Of a DNA stretch of 64,000 bases, positions 38,034 to 48,857 are shown piece after piece. The notes below the pieces were generated by a model, which was given only the letters and a program-made list of their open reading frames with translations, ran no database searches and was not told the DNA's origin. A program made the position numbers and the translations under genes. The first letter of the stretch is position 1, and every line of letters starts with the position of its first letter. This stretch comes from Candidatus Bathyarchaeia archaeon (GTDB lineage: Archaea > Thermoproteota > Bathyarchaeia > Bathyarchaeales > Bathycorpusculaceae). The DNA lies in NCBI GenBank assembly GCA_038882955.1, contig JAVZNC010000002.1:160001-224000 (forward strand). The letters run 5' to 3'.

Positions 38034-38433
38034 TTTTGCTCTTTATCTCCATCAGCAACTGGCTAAATCCTTCCACAGGATTATCGAACTTTTCTAGGAC
38101 AGACACGCTTTCTTCCAATGCGACAATATTGTGAAGCCAAGCATAAACTATCAACGCTTCAGCAGCATCCGCAAGGGAGTGTCGCTCCATCTTAGATGGC
38201 AAAAATTCCCTCAAAGCCGCCTTTTTGATGGCTTCAGCAAGAATGCTTCCCTTAACCTTAGCGCCAGACGGCACGCGCCTCTTATTTGACAATACCAAAG
38301 CATAAACAAAGTTCACATACGCGTCGCCCAACGATGCAAGCTTATGATCTGTTAAAACTTCGGACAAGTTCTTGTAAGTTCTTACAAACGGAAACGTCTT
38401 GCTTTTCCCATTCATTCGCTTCCCTGCTTCCAT
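38020..38433 (-). CDS. Minimal ribonuclease III-fold protein
   Basis: LASLGDAYVNF...ADAAEALIVYAWL. Confidence 0.8.
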   Translation of the reverse strand: MEAGKRMNGKSKTFPFVRTYKNLSEVLTDHKLASLGDAYVNFVYALVLSNKRRVPSGAKVKGSILAEAIKKAALREFLPSKMERHSLADAAEALIVYAWLHNIVALEESVSVLEKFDNPVEGFSQLLMEIKSKIRFS

Positions 38434-38492
38434 ACAATATTACTAGTTAAGCTTATAATGCCTTATCCAATACTCTTTTTCTGGCGAGATGC

Positions 38493-39080
38493 TTGTTTTG
38501 TAAGAAATTTCGAGTAATTAAACCTGAAATTCGCGTGCTAGGCGTGGATGACGGCGTATTTGTCCCCCGCAAAAGGGGACTCGTGCAAGTCGTGGGAGTA
38601 GTCTTCCGCGGCGGATACTGGCTTGACGGGGTCATGCACACGAAAGTTGAAGTGGACGGGTTTGACGCCACCCAAAAAATATCACGTATGGTGCTTAACT
38701 CGCCACACTACAAGCAGTTAAGAGTCATAATGCTTAATGGTATAACCTTCGCAGGCTTTAACGTCATAGACATAAAGGAACTTTTCACGAAAACAAATCT
38801 CCCAATAATAGCAGTAACAAAGGAAAAACCAAACCTCAAAGAAATCCATGAAGCGCTTAAAAAATTACCAAGAAGCGAAGAAAGATGGAAAGCAATCCAA
38901 AATGCTGGCGAAATACACGAAGTTTTCACAAGAAACAAAAACGAGAAAATCTACATGCAAGTTTCTGGCATATTAAAAGAGGACGCCGAAAAAATTTTAC
39001 AACTAACCTCAACAAGGAGTAACATTCCCGAGGCCCTGCGTGTGGCACACCTCATAGCATCTGGAATAAGTAATGTTTAG
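38493..39080 (+). CDS. DUF99 family protein (endonuclease V-like fold)
   Basis: RVLGVDDG, GITFAGFNVID, IPEALRVAHLIASG. Confidence 0.92.
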   Translation: MFCKKFRVIKPEIRVLGVDDGVFVPRKRGLVQVVGVVFRGGYWLDGVMHTKVEVDGFDATQKISRMVLNSPHYKQLRVIMLNGITFAGFNVIDIKELFTKTNLPIIAVTKEKPNLKEIHEALKKLPRSEERWKAIQNAGEIHEVFTRNKNEKIYMQVSGILKEDAEKILQLTSTRSNIPEALRVAHLIASGISNV

Positions 39081-39160
39081 CCCTAATACTTATTCAAGCA
39101 AGAAAAGGTTTAAAAGGAGCCAAGTTAAGGAAAAAGAGACGAAAAGCGGAGTAAAAGGCT

Positions 39161-39511
39161 ATGGAATTTTGTCCCAAATGTGGTTCTCGTCTAGTGCCAA
39201 AGAAGAGTAAAGGCGGAAAGGAATCGTCAGTTGTAATGGCTTGTCCAAAATGCGGTTACAAGAAGGCCCCTCCGAAAAAGGTTGAACCGAAAGTAGCAAA
39301 GGTAATAGAGCACAAGCCCCAGCAACTTGTTGCGGTTATAGGTAAAGAAGAGCAGAAACTTCGTACGCTACCAACAGTGCGCGTTGAATGTCCAAAATGC
39401 GGAAACAACACAGCCTATGTTTGGCAAGTACAAACGCGAGGCGCCGACGAATCTTCGACGCAATTTCTGCGCTGCACAAAATGTGGCTACACGTTCAGGG
39501 AATACTCATAA
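39161..39511 (+). CDS. tfs: Transcription factor S
   Basis: Two Zn ribbons; QTRGADE acidic hairpin. Confidence 0.95.
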   Translation: MEFCPKCGSRLVPKKSKGGKESSVVMACPKCGYKKAPPKKVEPKVAKVIEHKPQQLVAVIGKEEQKLRTLPTVRVECPKCGNNTAYVWQVQTRGADESSTQFLRCTKCGYTFREYS

Positions 39512-39609
39512 ACCTTCAGAAAAAAGCCATATTTATTTCCTAAACAAAGTTTTAAAAGTATAGTAAAGCCTTTTATTGTTAACCACATACCATTAGAAGA
39601 GGGATTACG

Positions 39610-40365
39610 ATGTTCCGAATCAAAGTTTCAGACGCCAAACTATTACGGGACATGGCAACAGCCATATCCATACTCGTAGACGAAGCAACATTCAAAATCG
39701 AACCAGAAGGACTAAAACTAAGGGCCATGGACCCATCCCGCGTTGCAATGGTTGACTTTGAATGGCCTAAGACAGTGTTCGAAGAGTACGAATGCACGGA
39801 ACCAACAAAAATGTGCATAAATATAAGTGAACTGCTGAAATTACTGAAAAGGACAGGTAAGGACGAGGTTGTTGAGCTTTTTCTCGACGAGAAAACTGGA
39901 CGCTTGCAGGTGAAGATAACTGGTAAATATGCAAGAAACTTTACAATGCCAACGCTTGAGGCTTCCGAAGAGGAGGTTCCAACACCAAAACTAACCTTTA
40001 ACGTAAGAGCTAAAACAACAACCAACGGTTTAAGCCAAGCCATAGAAGACGCGCAACTCGTAAGCGACCATGTGCGCGTAGAAGCGGACAGCGAAAAACT
40101 AGTTTTTAACGCTTCTGGAGACCTAATGGGCGCCACAATAACGCTACAAAAGGGAAGCGATGCACTTTTAGATTTGGAAGTTAAAGAACCCTCCAAGGCG
40201 ACTTTCAGCCTAAGCTACCTTTCTGAAATCATAAAGGCCGCATCCGCAACATCAGAAGTTGTAACATTAGAATTTTCAAAAGACATGCCCATTAAACTCG
40301 ACTTTCAACAGGCAAAAGAAGGCAAACTAGTGTTTTATTTGGCTCCCAGAATCGAAACTGAATAA
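39610..40365 (+). CDS. pcn: PCNA sliding clamp
   Basis: RAMDPSRVAMV, FSLSYL, FYLAPRIE. Confidence 0.97.
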   Translation: MFRIKVSDAKLLRDMATAISILVDEATFKIEPEGLKLRAMDPSRVAMVDFEWPKTVFEEYECTEPTKMCINISELLKLLKRTGKDEVVELFLDEKTGRLQVKITGKYARNFTMPTLEASEEEVPTPKLTFNVRAKTTTNGLSQAIEDAQLVSDHVRVEADSEKLVFNASGDLMGATITLQKGSDALLDLEVKEPSKATFSLSYLSEIIKAASATSEVVTLEFSKDMPIKLDFQQAKEGKLVFYLAPRIETE

Positions 40366-40366
40366 C

Positions 40367-41413
40367 GTGAACAAACAAATGCAATCTACAGCGAAATTTA
40401 CAAAAAGTGACTTGGCTAAATACCCCTTCCTCAAAGAAGCAGCTGAATACGTGAAAGGACTGGATTTTAAAGTTGAAGACTTGGTTGCCCCTCAGTTCAA
40501 CGCTGTTCTCAAACGTGCACAAGAAAGAATTGAAGAAGCTATATTATATGTGCTTGTCAGCGGGAACTCACGAAACGAAGATATAGAAATCCTATCCTTC
40601 CCAACTGCAATAATCTTGGCAATCGCAACAGAAAACTCCTTCATCAAAAAGAGATACGCCGTTGCAGAAGCAAAAAAGACTTTTAGCGACCTCAAACTTG
40701 AATTCAAAGAAAAGCTTTTGGCGATTGCACAAAACTTCGAGTGGAAAATATCCACAATAGACAATATTGCCTTTGCTCCATACGAGTTCACTTTAAGCTT
40801 CGCCGACTATCTAAGAAACACAACGCACCTGCGAGATAAAAAATGGAAACTCGTAAACCGCCTGCTATCCAAAGGAAACGTCTTCATAACCCGCGGCGAA
40901 GCCGCAAGACTGTTAAGCGAAGAAGCCCGCAAATACGTTGAAAAACGGCTAGAAGCGAAGGGCAAAATAAAGTTTCCAGCAGAAATCGTCGAAATAGCCG
41001 AGAAAATAAGAAAATTATCAATCGAGAAAGTAGGCGAAGCCGAAATTGAAGGCTTGCCAAAAACCGTTGTTAACGAAGCTTTTCCACCATGCATAAAAGC
41101 CCTCTACGAATCAATAACAGCCGGGCGACACTTATCACATGTTGGCAGGTTCACACTAACGTCTTTCCTAATAAGCATCGGTATGCCAACCGAAAGCGTC
41201 ATTGACCTATTCAAAAACTTCTCCGACTTCAACGAAAGAATGACCCACTACCAAGTCGAACACATCGCTGGCGAAAGAGGCTCAAGAATGCGTTATACTC
41301 CACCGAAATGTGAAACACTACAAACACATGGAGTTTGCATAAACCCGGATGAGATTTGCAAAACAATACGCCACCCACTGGGTTATTACAAGAGGAAAGT
41401 GCGGAAGGGCTGA
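40367..41413 (+). CDS. priL: DNA primase large subunit
   Basis: AKYPFL, FPPCI, H.GRF, YQVEHIAG, PPKC...C...HPLGYY. Confidence 0.95.
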   Translation: MNKQMQSTAKFTKSDLAKYPFLKEAAEYVKGLDFKVEDLVAPQFNAVLKRAQERIEEAILYVLVSGNSRNEDIEILSFPTAIILAIATENSFIKKRYAVAEAKKTFSDLKLEFKEKLLAIAQNFEWKISTIDNIAFAPYEFTLSFADYLRNTTHLRDKKWKLVNRLLSKGNVFITRGEAARLLSEEARKYVEKRLEAKGKIKFPAEIVEIAEKIRKLSIEKVGEAEIEGLPKTVVNEAFPPCIKALYESITAGRHLSHVGRFTLTSFLISIGMPTESVIDLFKNFSDFNERMTHYQVEHIAGERGSRMRYTPPKCETLQTHGVCINPDEICKTIRHPLGYYKRKVRKG

Positions 41414-41499
41414 ACAAAACATACAAACTCCGTTTTTAGTGATAGATTTATATACGGAGTGCTGTTTTAAATGAAGACTATCTTGGTGAAGGACATACA

Positions 41500-42270
41500 A
41501 TGAATGTTAAGGAATGCTCTCCAGTCAGTCTAAATCTAATGGAAAATGTTGAAGGAGACCTGAATATAGTTTCTGATGTGGGTGTTATCCTCCCAACATA
41601 CTGTGAAGCTTCTAACATTAAAAATTTAATCGAAGAAATTGAAAGTTTAAATCTTAACGTTTCCATACTAGTAATAGACGATTCAAGCCCAGATGGAACA
41701 GCCAACATTGTTAGACAACTACAAGAAAATTACGATAACGTCTTGCTCTTTGTAAGACCAAAAAAGTCAGGGCTTGGGTCAGCAATAACCGATGGCTTTA
41801 AAATCTTTCTATCGCTCAAAAAATCACCAAGGTACATAATCACAATGGATGCCGACTATTCACATAACCCAAAAGATATTGTACGTTTAGTTTCAACTGC
41901 AAGAAACAACAATGATCTGGTTATAGGAAGCAGATATTGCATTGGTGGAAGAATACTTAGATGGAGTTTTTTCAGGTTTATTGTTAGTAAAGTAGCCAAC
42001 GGGTTGGCATCCCTTATTGTGCGGGCAGGAATAAAAGATTATACAAGCGGTTTGCGATGTTACTCAGCAATGCTCATTAATGAAATCATTCGCGATTTGC
42101 ACAGTCATACATACGAAATACAAATAGAAACGATCAAACAAGCTTCTAGAAGACGGTTCAATTTAACGGAGATCCCTATAACATTTGTTAACAGAAAGCG
42201 TGGTAAATCTAAACTTTCTGTCAATGAGATTAGAGACTTTGTATCCTACATTTTGAAAAACATTCTTTAA
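41500..42270 (+). CDS. GT2 glycosyltransferase, dolichol-phosphate hexosyltransferase-like
   Basis: LPTYCE, IDDSSPDGT, MDADYSH.P, GSRY, D.TSG.R, FVNRKRGKSK. Confidence 0.9.
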   Translation: MNVKECSPVSLNLMENVEGDLNIVSDVGVILPTYCEASNIKNLIEEIESLNLNVSILVIDDSSPDGTANIVRQLQENYDNVLLFVRPKKSGLGSAITDGFKIFLSLKKSPRYIITMDADYSHNPKDIVRLVSTARNNNDLVIGSRYCIGGRILRWSFFRFIVSKVANGLASLIVRAGIKDYTSGLRCYSAMLINEIIRDLHSHTYEIQIETIKQASRRRFNLTEIPITFVNRKRGKSKLSVNEIRDFVSYILKNIL

Positions 42271-42301
42271 CAGCGTGGCTTTGCCAGAGTGATGCCTATA
42301 T

Positions 42302-43207
42302 ATGCTTTTAGACAGAATGATTGTCGGTGTATGTGCTTATAACGAGGAAGGAAACATAGGTAATCTTCTTCAGAATTTGATTTCGGATCAAAATTTACCT
42401 AAGAATTGTATGATTCTTGTTGTTTGTTCCGGATGTACAGATAATACACCTAGAATAGTTATGGATTTTTCAAAAGTGGACAAGAGAATCAAACTTTTAA
42501 CAGAAGAAGTTCGAAGAGGAAAAGCAAACGCCCTTAACAAGATTTTTAGGCTAGCCAAATGCTCTGCAGAAGTGCTGGTTCTTGTGAACGCGGATGCCCT
42601 TCCAGAACCTGGAAGTATAACCGCTTTAACTCATAAGCTAAGAAGCAGCGATAATGTTGGCGCCGTTTTTGCACAACCAGTTCCTATTAAGCTATCCGAA
42701 GGGACTTGTTATAAAATCGTTCATGTTATATGGCGGTTGCACCATTTAATTTCACTTTATCAAGAACCAAAGTTATCCGGAGAATTATGCGCAATACGCG
42801 TTTCCTATCTTCATGAGATTCCGGAAAACGTTGCCACCGACGAGCCCTACATTGAATTTTTTATTCGTAAACAAGGTTACCATATATTCTACGAGCCTAA
42901 AGCTTTGGTATACATAAGATGCCCAACAAACATCGTTGATTTACTAAAGCAGAGAAAAAGAATATGGATTGGTCATTTGCAGTTCAAAAGTGCAACGCAG
43001 TTCCGTGTTTCTACTTCCAGCTTTAAAAACATTCTAAAAGTGATCCCGAAACTGAAAATTTCTGAATTTTTATGTTTATTCTTAGGAGGGTTCGTGGAAG
43101 TAGTCGCTTATATTCAAGCGCGAAATGCCTTTAAGGATAAAATGATTCCTTTCATATGGGATCCGATAGAAAGTACGAAAACACAGCTAAAACTAAATCA
43201 TCTTTAA
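42302..43207 (+). CDS. GT2 glycosyltransferase
   Basis: AYNEE, GKANALN, NADA, QRKRI (QxxRW-like). Confidence 0.85.
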   Translation: MLLDRMIVGVCAYNEEGNIGNLLQNLISDQNLPKNCMILVVCSGCTDNTPRIVMDFSKVDKRIKLLTEEVRRGKANALNKIFRLAKCSAEVLVLVNADALPEPGSITALTHKLRSSDNVGAVFAQPVPIKLSEGTCYKIVHVIWRLHHLISLYQEPKLSGELCAIRVSYLHEIPENVATDEPYIEFFIRKQGYHIFYEPKALVYIRCPTNIVDLLKQRKRIWIGHLQFKSATQFRVSTSSFKNILKVIPKLKISEFLCLFLGGFVEVVAYIQARNAFKDKMIPFIWDPIESTKTQLKLNHL

Positions 43208-43210
43208 AGG

Positions 43211-44302
43211 GTGTTGCTTTTGCACATTTTACAAATTACGCCAAGATATTACCCCAGTATTGGGGGCGTAGAGGAGCTTGTTAAAAGAATAAGTGAGTTG
43301 CTCGTTGTGAACAAGTTTAACGTTACAGTTTATACTATTGACCTAAATCCCACGTTGCCCAAGGTGCAAGAGATCAACGGGGTGCTGGTTAAACGGTTTA
43401 AACCTGTTGTGGGAGACCCCCTCTATTTTCCTGAACCTAGTTTTTTCGATGTAATTAGGCAAGAGAAGACGGAAATTATTCATATTCATAACCTACATAC
43501 GTTTTTACCCTTTGTTGTAACCTTGTTAAAGAAAAAAAGTCAAAAGCTTGTATTGCATCCGCATTATCATCGTTTCGGTCAGTCATTTTTCCGTAATTGT
43601 TTATTTAAAATTTATAAGTGTGGACTTAAAAGAGTGGTTTTCCCCCTTGCAGATGTTGTAATTGCAAATTCTTTATATGAAAAGCGGATACTTTGTGAGG
43701 ACTTCCACTTAGACGGAAGGATTCTTTTAATTTTTGAAGGTGTTGATGTTGAAGAGTGTAGCAGCGTTAAGCACAATCCTGTTGAACCTAAAAGAATACT
43801 TTATGTAGGAGCCTTAAGGGGTTACAAGAATGTTGATAAAATCATTGAAGGCTTTGCTCAATTAGTGAAGAATGGCGTGGGAAGCTTTAAGTTGGTTATC
43901 GTGGGTGACGGACCGGAGCGTCCGTTTTTAGTTAACTTGGCTTATAAATTGGGTATTAATGGGCTGGTGGAGTGGAAGTCTGGGTTGACGCGACAGCAAC
44001 TGTTGAATGAGTATGCTAGAGCCAGCGTTTTTGTCCATTTGTCTCCGTTGGAAAGTTTTAGCCGCGTTGTTTACGAAGCACTTTTAATTGGTGTTCCAAC
44101 AGTTGTTTTAAATTTTGGTGCAACAGAACACTTGGTTAAGGAAGGATTTGCAGAGGGAGTTAGCTCTCTTAGCGCAAAAGAAATTGCAGAGGCGATTTCA
44201 AAAGCCCTTATGAGAATACATAGCAAAATTGAAGGTTCAAATTTTTTGAGTTGGAAAGAGTATTTAAATAAACTCATCGAACTTTATCATAGCTTAGTGT
44301 AG
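43211..44302 (+). CDS. GT4 glycosyltransferase
   Basis: YYPSIGGVE, YVGAL..YKNVD, ESFSRVVYEAL. Confidence 0.9.
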   Translation: MLLLHILQITPRYYPSIGGVEELVKRISELLVVNKFNVTVYTIDLNPTLPKVQEINGVLVKRFKPVVGDPLYFPEPSFFDVIRQEKTEIIHIHNLHTFLPFVVTLLKKKSQKLVLHPHYHRFGQSFFRNCLFKIYKCGLKRVVFPLADVVIANSLYEKRILCEDFHLDGRILLIFEGVDVEECSSVKHNPVEPKRILYVGALRGYKNVDKIIEGFAQLVKNGVGSFKLVIVGDGPERPFLVNLAYKLGINGLVEWKSGLTRQQLLNEYARASVFVHLSPLESFSRVVYEALLIGVPTVVLNFGATEHLVKEGFAEGVSSLSAKEIAEAISKALMRIHSKIEGSNFLSWKEYLNKLIELYHSLV

Positions 44303-44343
44303 TTTGTGTAAGAGCATTTAACCAGCCTAGTAGTTGATCGGAG

Positions 44344-45117
44344 ATGGTTGAGAAAGTTAAAGGAAATCTGAAGCTGTTTTATGAGGAAGAGGCAAGACGT
44401 TTGTCTTCACATCAAGATTTCATGTATTTGAAGGGAAACAAATATGAATTATGGTGGCATAGGAAACGGCTGCGTTATATACTCTCTTTTCTTTCTGAAA
44501 TTTTTGGTCAGGATAGCGTGATGACGTTTGTTGATGTTGGTTGCGCAGAGGGTTATTACGTTAAAATTGTGGCTAAAATGCAAAAAGAAACCTTCTGTGT
44601 TGGCGCTGATATAGCTAGGACATACGTGGAAAAGGCGAAGAAAAATTGCAATCTTTCGAACGTTGACTATGTAGTTTGCGATGTTGAAAATTCCCCTTTT
44701 AAAACAGAATCTATTGACATTGTGCTTTGTTCTGAGGTTTTAGAGCATGTGTTTAACTATAAAAGCGCAATTTTTGAGCTGTTTAGAATTAGTGGAAAGC
44801 ATCTTGTGGTATCTTTTCCGGGACACACATTTGTATACAAGTTCATTCGAAAGATAAAACCTCTTCAGAGGCTTTCCGAGAAGATGGCGAAAGATGTGGG
44901 ACACATATCTGAAGTGAAAATTGAAGATTTGCGAGAAAAGGTAGGAAATTATGCGTCATTTCAGATAAAAATTGGGGGTTCGCTTCCATTGCAGTTGGTT
45001 AGATTGATTCCGTCAATTAAGTTGGTTGAATTAATTGATGAGTTAATCTGTGGCGTTCTAATACGCCTTAATATGGTGGAATATGTAACCATACACGTTG
45101 TGAAAGTAACAAGATAA
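44344..45117 (+). CDS. Class I SAM-dependent methyltransferase
   Basis: VDVGCAEG, CSEVLEH. Confidence 0.88.
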   Translation: MVEKVKGNLKLFYEEEARRLSSHQDFMYLKGNKYELWWHRKRLRYILSFLSEIFGQDSVMTFVDVGCAEGYYVKIVAKMQKETFCVGADIARTYVEKAKKNCNLSNVDYVVCDVENSPFKTESIDIVLCSEVLEHVFNYKSAIFELFRISGKHLVVSFPGHTFVYKFIRKIKPLQRLSEKMAKDVGHISEVKIEDLREKVGNYASFQIKIGGSLPLQLVRLIPSIKLVELIDELICGVLIRLNMVEYVTIHVVKVTR

Positions 45118-45140
45118 TTGTTAAAACTTTTAATATCTCG

Positions 45141-47684
45141 TTGTCATTAGTGGATAAAAAGTTGTCTGGGCGGGGAGATATGCTGGCTGTGTTTGCGCAG
45201 TTGCTTCTTGTTTGTTTTCTTTTAATAGTTGATGGTGAACCTTTTAGATTTTTTATTTTGCGTCGGTTTAAACTTTTTTCGAATTTAGATGTAATGCAAA
45301 TATGTGTTCTTAACATTTATCTTGGCGGAATGTTTTTTTATGCAATTGGCGTGTTGCCCTTTAAACTTTTTAATTATACGGTAATTTTAGGTTTTACAGC
45401 TTTAAGCTTATTTCTTTCTTTTATTGTACACTTTGATGCTTTGAAAGGAATTGCAAACATGCTTAAAGTGAAGAGTTCCGTTGTGAGAGTCAATAGAAAA
45501 ACTTTCTCTGCATATTTGCTTGTTTTTGTCATGTTTATAATTTTTCTTGTTATCAACCTTTTTTCTGTTGCAAGTTTCGTTTTTGGAAGTGTGCGCGATG
45601 AGTCTATTCATTCTCTTTTTGTCCAAGTAATTTTGGAGAATGGAAATATTCCATTAACTTTGCAGCCATATTTACAAGAAGGTATAATTTATCCTCAAGC
45701 GGCGCATGTCATCTTTGCTTTTGCATCTTACTTTTTGAGCATGGAGATTCCTCAAGTTGTTTTTTATGTTACTATACTTTTTAAGGCGTTATCCGTGGTT
45801 GCTGCGTATTCTTTGGGTTTGAAATTAGGTTTTGATAAAAGTTCTAGTGCACTTTTAAGTTTTGTTTTTGCCTTCATTTCAAGCTGGCCTTTATTTATAA
45901 CTTGGGGAGGAAATCCCTTTGCGGTTGGTTTTCCTCTTTTTCTTGTTTGTTTGGGGATGTTGTTGCCACTTCTTGGATCCACTGAAAGATATGGTTATGC
46001 TGAACTTTTAGCTTTAGGTTTCATTTTTGGTTACTTGGGAGCTATTATTTTATCATATCTTCAAGTGCTCATGGTTATTGCCCTTTTTGTTTTAATTTAC
46101 TATGCTGCTAGAAAGCGCAGCGCCTCTCGTCTTCTAGGCGAGTTTGTTGTAATTTTTTGCACCAGTTTGCTTCCGCTGAGTCCTTTTTTGTATAGGTTTT
46201 TCATTTTCTATCATTATCCTGGACATAACATTGGTATTCCTTCTGATTTTATGGGATGGACGAGCCAGCAACTCGGCATAACGCAAGCTCTTCAATGGGC
46301 ATTTGACAACTTATCTCCTTATATATTGCTTCGATTGTTGATTTTAACCTTTTTAGTGGCTCTTGTTGTTTTAATACGGAGGACGAGAGATTATGGGGAC
46401 GTTAAGCGTACTGTTGCTTTTGCCTTAGTAATTTTTGTTAGTGCAACGGCGCTGTCGTTTCTGTCGTTCTTTCTTCCTGCAGACTTTGGCGTCGTATCTT
46501 GGGGGCATCAAGGAATAATAATGTCGATTTCCATAAATTTGTTAATTTTTGCTTTTTACATAAAAGCGGCGAAGATATTGAGTAACTGGCTGAAAGATCA
46601 TTTGCCTCGTGTAGTTTTCTATAAGCATCTTTGCCTCTCATCCCTTCTGACTTTTACTTTACTTTCGTTAGTAACTGTTCCATTTTTGTACTATAGAGTC
46701 GTGGTTGATCCTGTGGCTCTTCAAGGTGCTTATAACGTCTACGGTGTTACCACGGTGGATGATTATAATTTGATGTTGTGGATGAAAGAAAATTTGTCGC
46801 TTAGTGCTGTGGTTTTGGTTCATCCATACGAGGCTGGCTTGTTTATTCCATCAGTTTCTCATCATAGGATAGTTTTTCCTTATTCTGGCAGTACTTTTAG
46901 TAGGCGTTATCAGACGGTTGTGGGATTAATAGAAAATCGGACGATGAATACAACAGCCTATGATTTGATGCGGGATCTTGGTGTTTCTCACGTCTTTGTT
47001 GGTGCTCAAGTTGCTTATTGTGAAGGATATTCCATTTGGGCTCCTGAACTTTTTCTTGGTAACCCCAATTTTAAACTTGTAAAGAATTTTGGCAGAGCCT
47101 ACCTTTTTGAGTTGAATTACACTAATCCGAACATTGCCTTTTTGGATGATTTTGAGCATGATGTTTGGGATCAGAGCGGGTGGCAATACGGTTCTTTCGG
47201 AAATGGTTTAGGCAATGTGACGATTGCTGCTGGTTTCGGACAGAACGGATCACGATGCTTAATGCTTTCTGCTCAAGCTACGCCTGCAATGCTTTATTGG
47301 GAACCTAAATATGTATATTGGGTTAGCAGAGAAATTTTTGTATTGAATAACTCGGAAGTTGCACTTTCATTTTACTTGGATGCGAGGAAAGGTTTTGGCG
47401 GAAACGATACATTCGCGTTAATAATTTCCGACGCCACAATCCCGCAATCCCTCGTAATAACTACTCCAAATGGAATTTACGATGAATTCGTAAACGCTAT
47501 AAAGTTGGATAGTAATTATGGCACTTTTAACGTTAATTTAAGTGAAAAATGGCTACAAGTCTTCAACTCCTCTATGCCCCGATCCTTTATTTTGCAACTC
47601 GCTAACTACGACTTTGATGGAGTAATAAATACAGTTTACATCGATGACATTAAAGTTATCTGTAAACCAATAGACCATACTTAG
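45141..47684 (+). CDS. Large multi-TM protein, putative GT-C/oligosaccharyltransferase-like, with extracellular C-terminal domain
   Basis: Many hydrophobic segments; first-loop DESIH..YP.AAH; LWMKENL..SAVVL...AGLFIP segment resembling STT3-like C-domain; beta-rich tail. Confidence 0.65.
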   Translation: MSLVDKKLSGRGDMLAVFAQLLLVCFLLIVDGEPFRFFILRRFKLFSNLDVMQICVLNIYLGGMFFYAIGVLPFKLFNYTVILGFTALSLFLSFIVHFDALKGIANMLKVKSSVVRVNRKTFSAYLLVFVMFIIFLVINLFSVASFVFGSVRDESIHSLFVQVILENGNIPLTLQPYLQEGIIYPQAAHVIFAFASYFLSMEIPQVVFYVTILFKALSVVAAYSLGLKLGFDKSSSALLSFVFAFISSWPLFITWGGNPFAVGFPLFLVCLGMLLPLLGSTERYGYAELLALGFIFGYLGAIILSYLQVLMVIALFVLIYYAARKRSASRLLGEFVVIFCTSLLPLSPFLYRFFIFYHYPGHNIGIPSDFMGWTSQQLGITQALQWAFDNLSPYILLRLLILTFLVALVVLIRRTRDYGDVKRTVAFALVIFVSATALSFLSFFLPADFGVVSWGHQGIIMSISINLLIFAFYIKAAKILSNWLKDHLPRVVFYKHLCLSSLLTFTLLSLVTVPFLYYRVVVDPVALQGAYNVYGVTTVDDYNLMLWMKENLSLSAVVLVHPYEAGLFIPSVSHHRIVFPYSGSTFSRRYQTVVGLIENRTMNTTAYDLMRDLGVSHVFVGAQVAYCEGYSIWAPELFLGNPNFKLVKNFGRAYLFELNYTNPNIAFLDDFEHDVWDQSGWQYGSFGNGLGNVTIAAGFGQNGSRCLMLSAQATPAMLYWEPKYVYWVSREIFVLNNSEVALSFYLDARKGFGGNDTFALIISDATIPQSLVITTPNGIYDEFVNAIKLDSNYGTFNVNLSEKWLQVFNSSMPRSFILQLANYDFDGVINTVYIDDIKVICKPIDHT

Positions 47685-47692
47685 GCGGTTTT

Positions 47693-48823
47693 ATGAAGAT
47701 ACTGCATTTGATCGACTCATTCGATGCGAGATTCGAAAGAGACCAAATAAAATTAGTAGAATTGTTGGAAAGAAAGGGATACCGTAACACAGTTATTACA
47801 TCAAGGTTTTCATCCGATTGGAAGCATAGAAGAAAGGCAGAGTTTAAGCTTTGGGAGAAGAATTTTTCTCAAACAGAAATTTTACACGAACCAAGTTTTA
47901 GAATTCCAACACCATTTTCGAGGGAACCCTCCACCATCTATTTACCTCTTAGACGAATTTTACATGATTTTGACATAATTCATGCATACACTTTTGGTAC
48001 ATATTCATCTCTCTTGGGCGCCATTTTAAAAAAAGTAAAAAAATCCAAGCTTGTTATAAGATCTGATTTATCGGCATCTGCTTATTATAAAACTAAAAAT
48101 AAAGCACTTTACAGAACAATAACAATGTACCCTTTCAGAGTCACAGATGCTGTTTATGCATATTCAATGTTAGAGAAACGCTATCTTGTTGATTTAGGAA
48201 TTCAAAAAAGCAAAATATGGGTTATACCTCCGGGAATAGATTTTGATAAATTTTCCAAGAGTTCGATAGTTCCGAAAAGAGATATTACAACAATTGGGTA
48301 TTTGGGAAGGTTTTGTTTCGTTAAAGGTGTTCACAGGATAATTCCAGTGCTGCATGACTTATTGCGGAGAGAGGAAAAAGTTAGAGTATTCTTTACTGGT
48401 ATAATTGAAGATGGTAAATATGCAGAAGATGTATTAAAGCAGCTTAAGCAGTTCAGAAATTTCCAATTCCTTGCTGACTTAAGCCTTTCTCCACTAAGAT
48501 TCTACGATATGTGTGATATAATATTAGTGCCCTCTGTATCTGAAACAGGCGCAATAACAGTTTTGGAAGTAATGGCTTCTGGGAAAACTGTAATTGCCTC
48601 TGATATCAATCCTATTAATGAGTATATACAGCACGAATTCAACGGCTTTTTATTTCAGAATCAGGAGGAGTTATATTTTTACTTAAAAAATCTAATAGAA
48701 AATCCAGATTTAATAGTTAAGATAGGTAAAAATGCGAGAGAGAGTGCAAAAAAATACGACTGGAAAATTATTATGCGCAGGTACGAGGAAATGTATAAAA
48801 GTGTTATAAAAGGAGAAAAGTAA
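47693..48823 (+). CDS. GT4 glycosyltransferase
   Basis: IPPGID, YLGRF..VKG, PSVSETGAITVLEVMASGK. Confidence 0.9.
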   Translation: MKILHLIDSFDARFERDQIKLVELLERKGYRNTVITSRFSSDWKHRRKAEFKLWEKNFSQTEILHEPSFRIPTPFSREPSTIYLPLRRILHDFDIIHAYTFGTYSSLLGAILKKVKKSKLVIRSDLSASAYYKTKNKALYRTITMYPFRVTDAVYAYSMLEKRYLVDLGIQKSKIWVIPPGIDFDKFSKSSIVPKRDITTIGYLGRFCFVKGVHRIIPVLHDLLRREEKVRVFFTGIIEDGKYAEDVLKQLKQFRNFQFLADLSLSPLRFYDMCDIILVPSVSETGAITVLEVMASGKTVIASDINPINEYIQHEFNGFLFQNQEELYFYLKNLIENPDLIVKIGKNARESAKKYDWKIIMRRYEEMYKSVIKGEK

Positions 48824-48857
48824 TTCCAAGAAACTGTTTGCTTTGGGTGGGGATAAA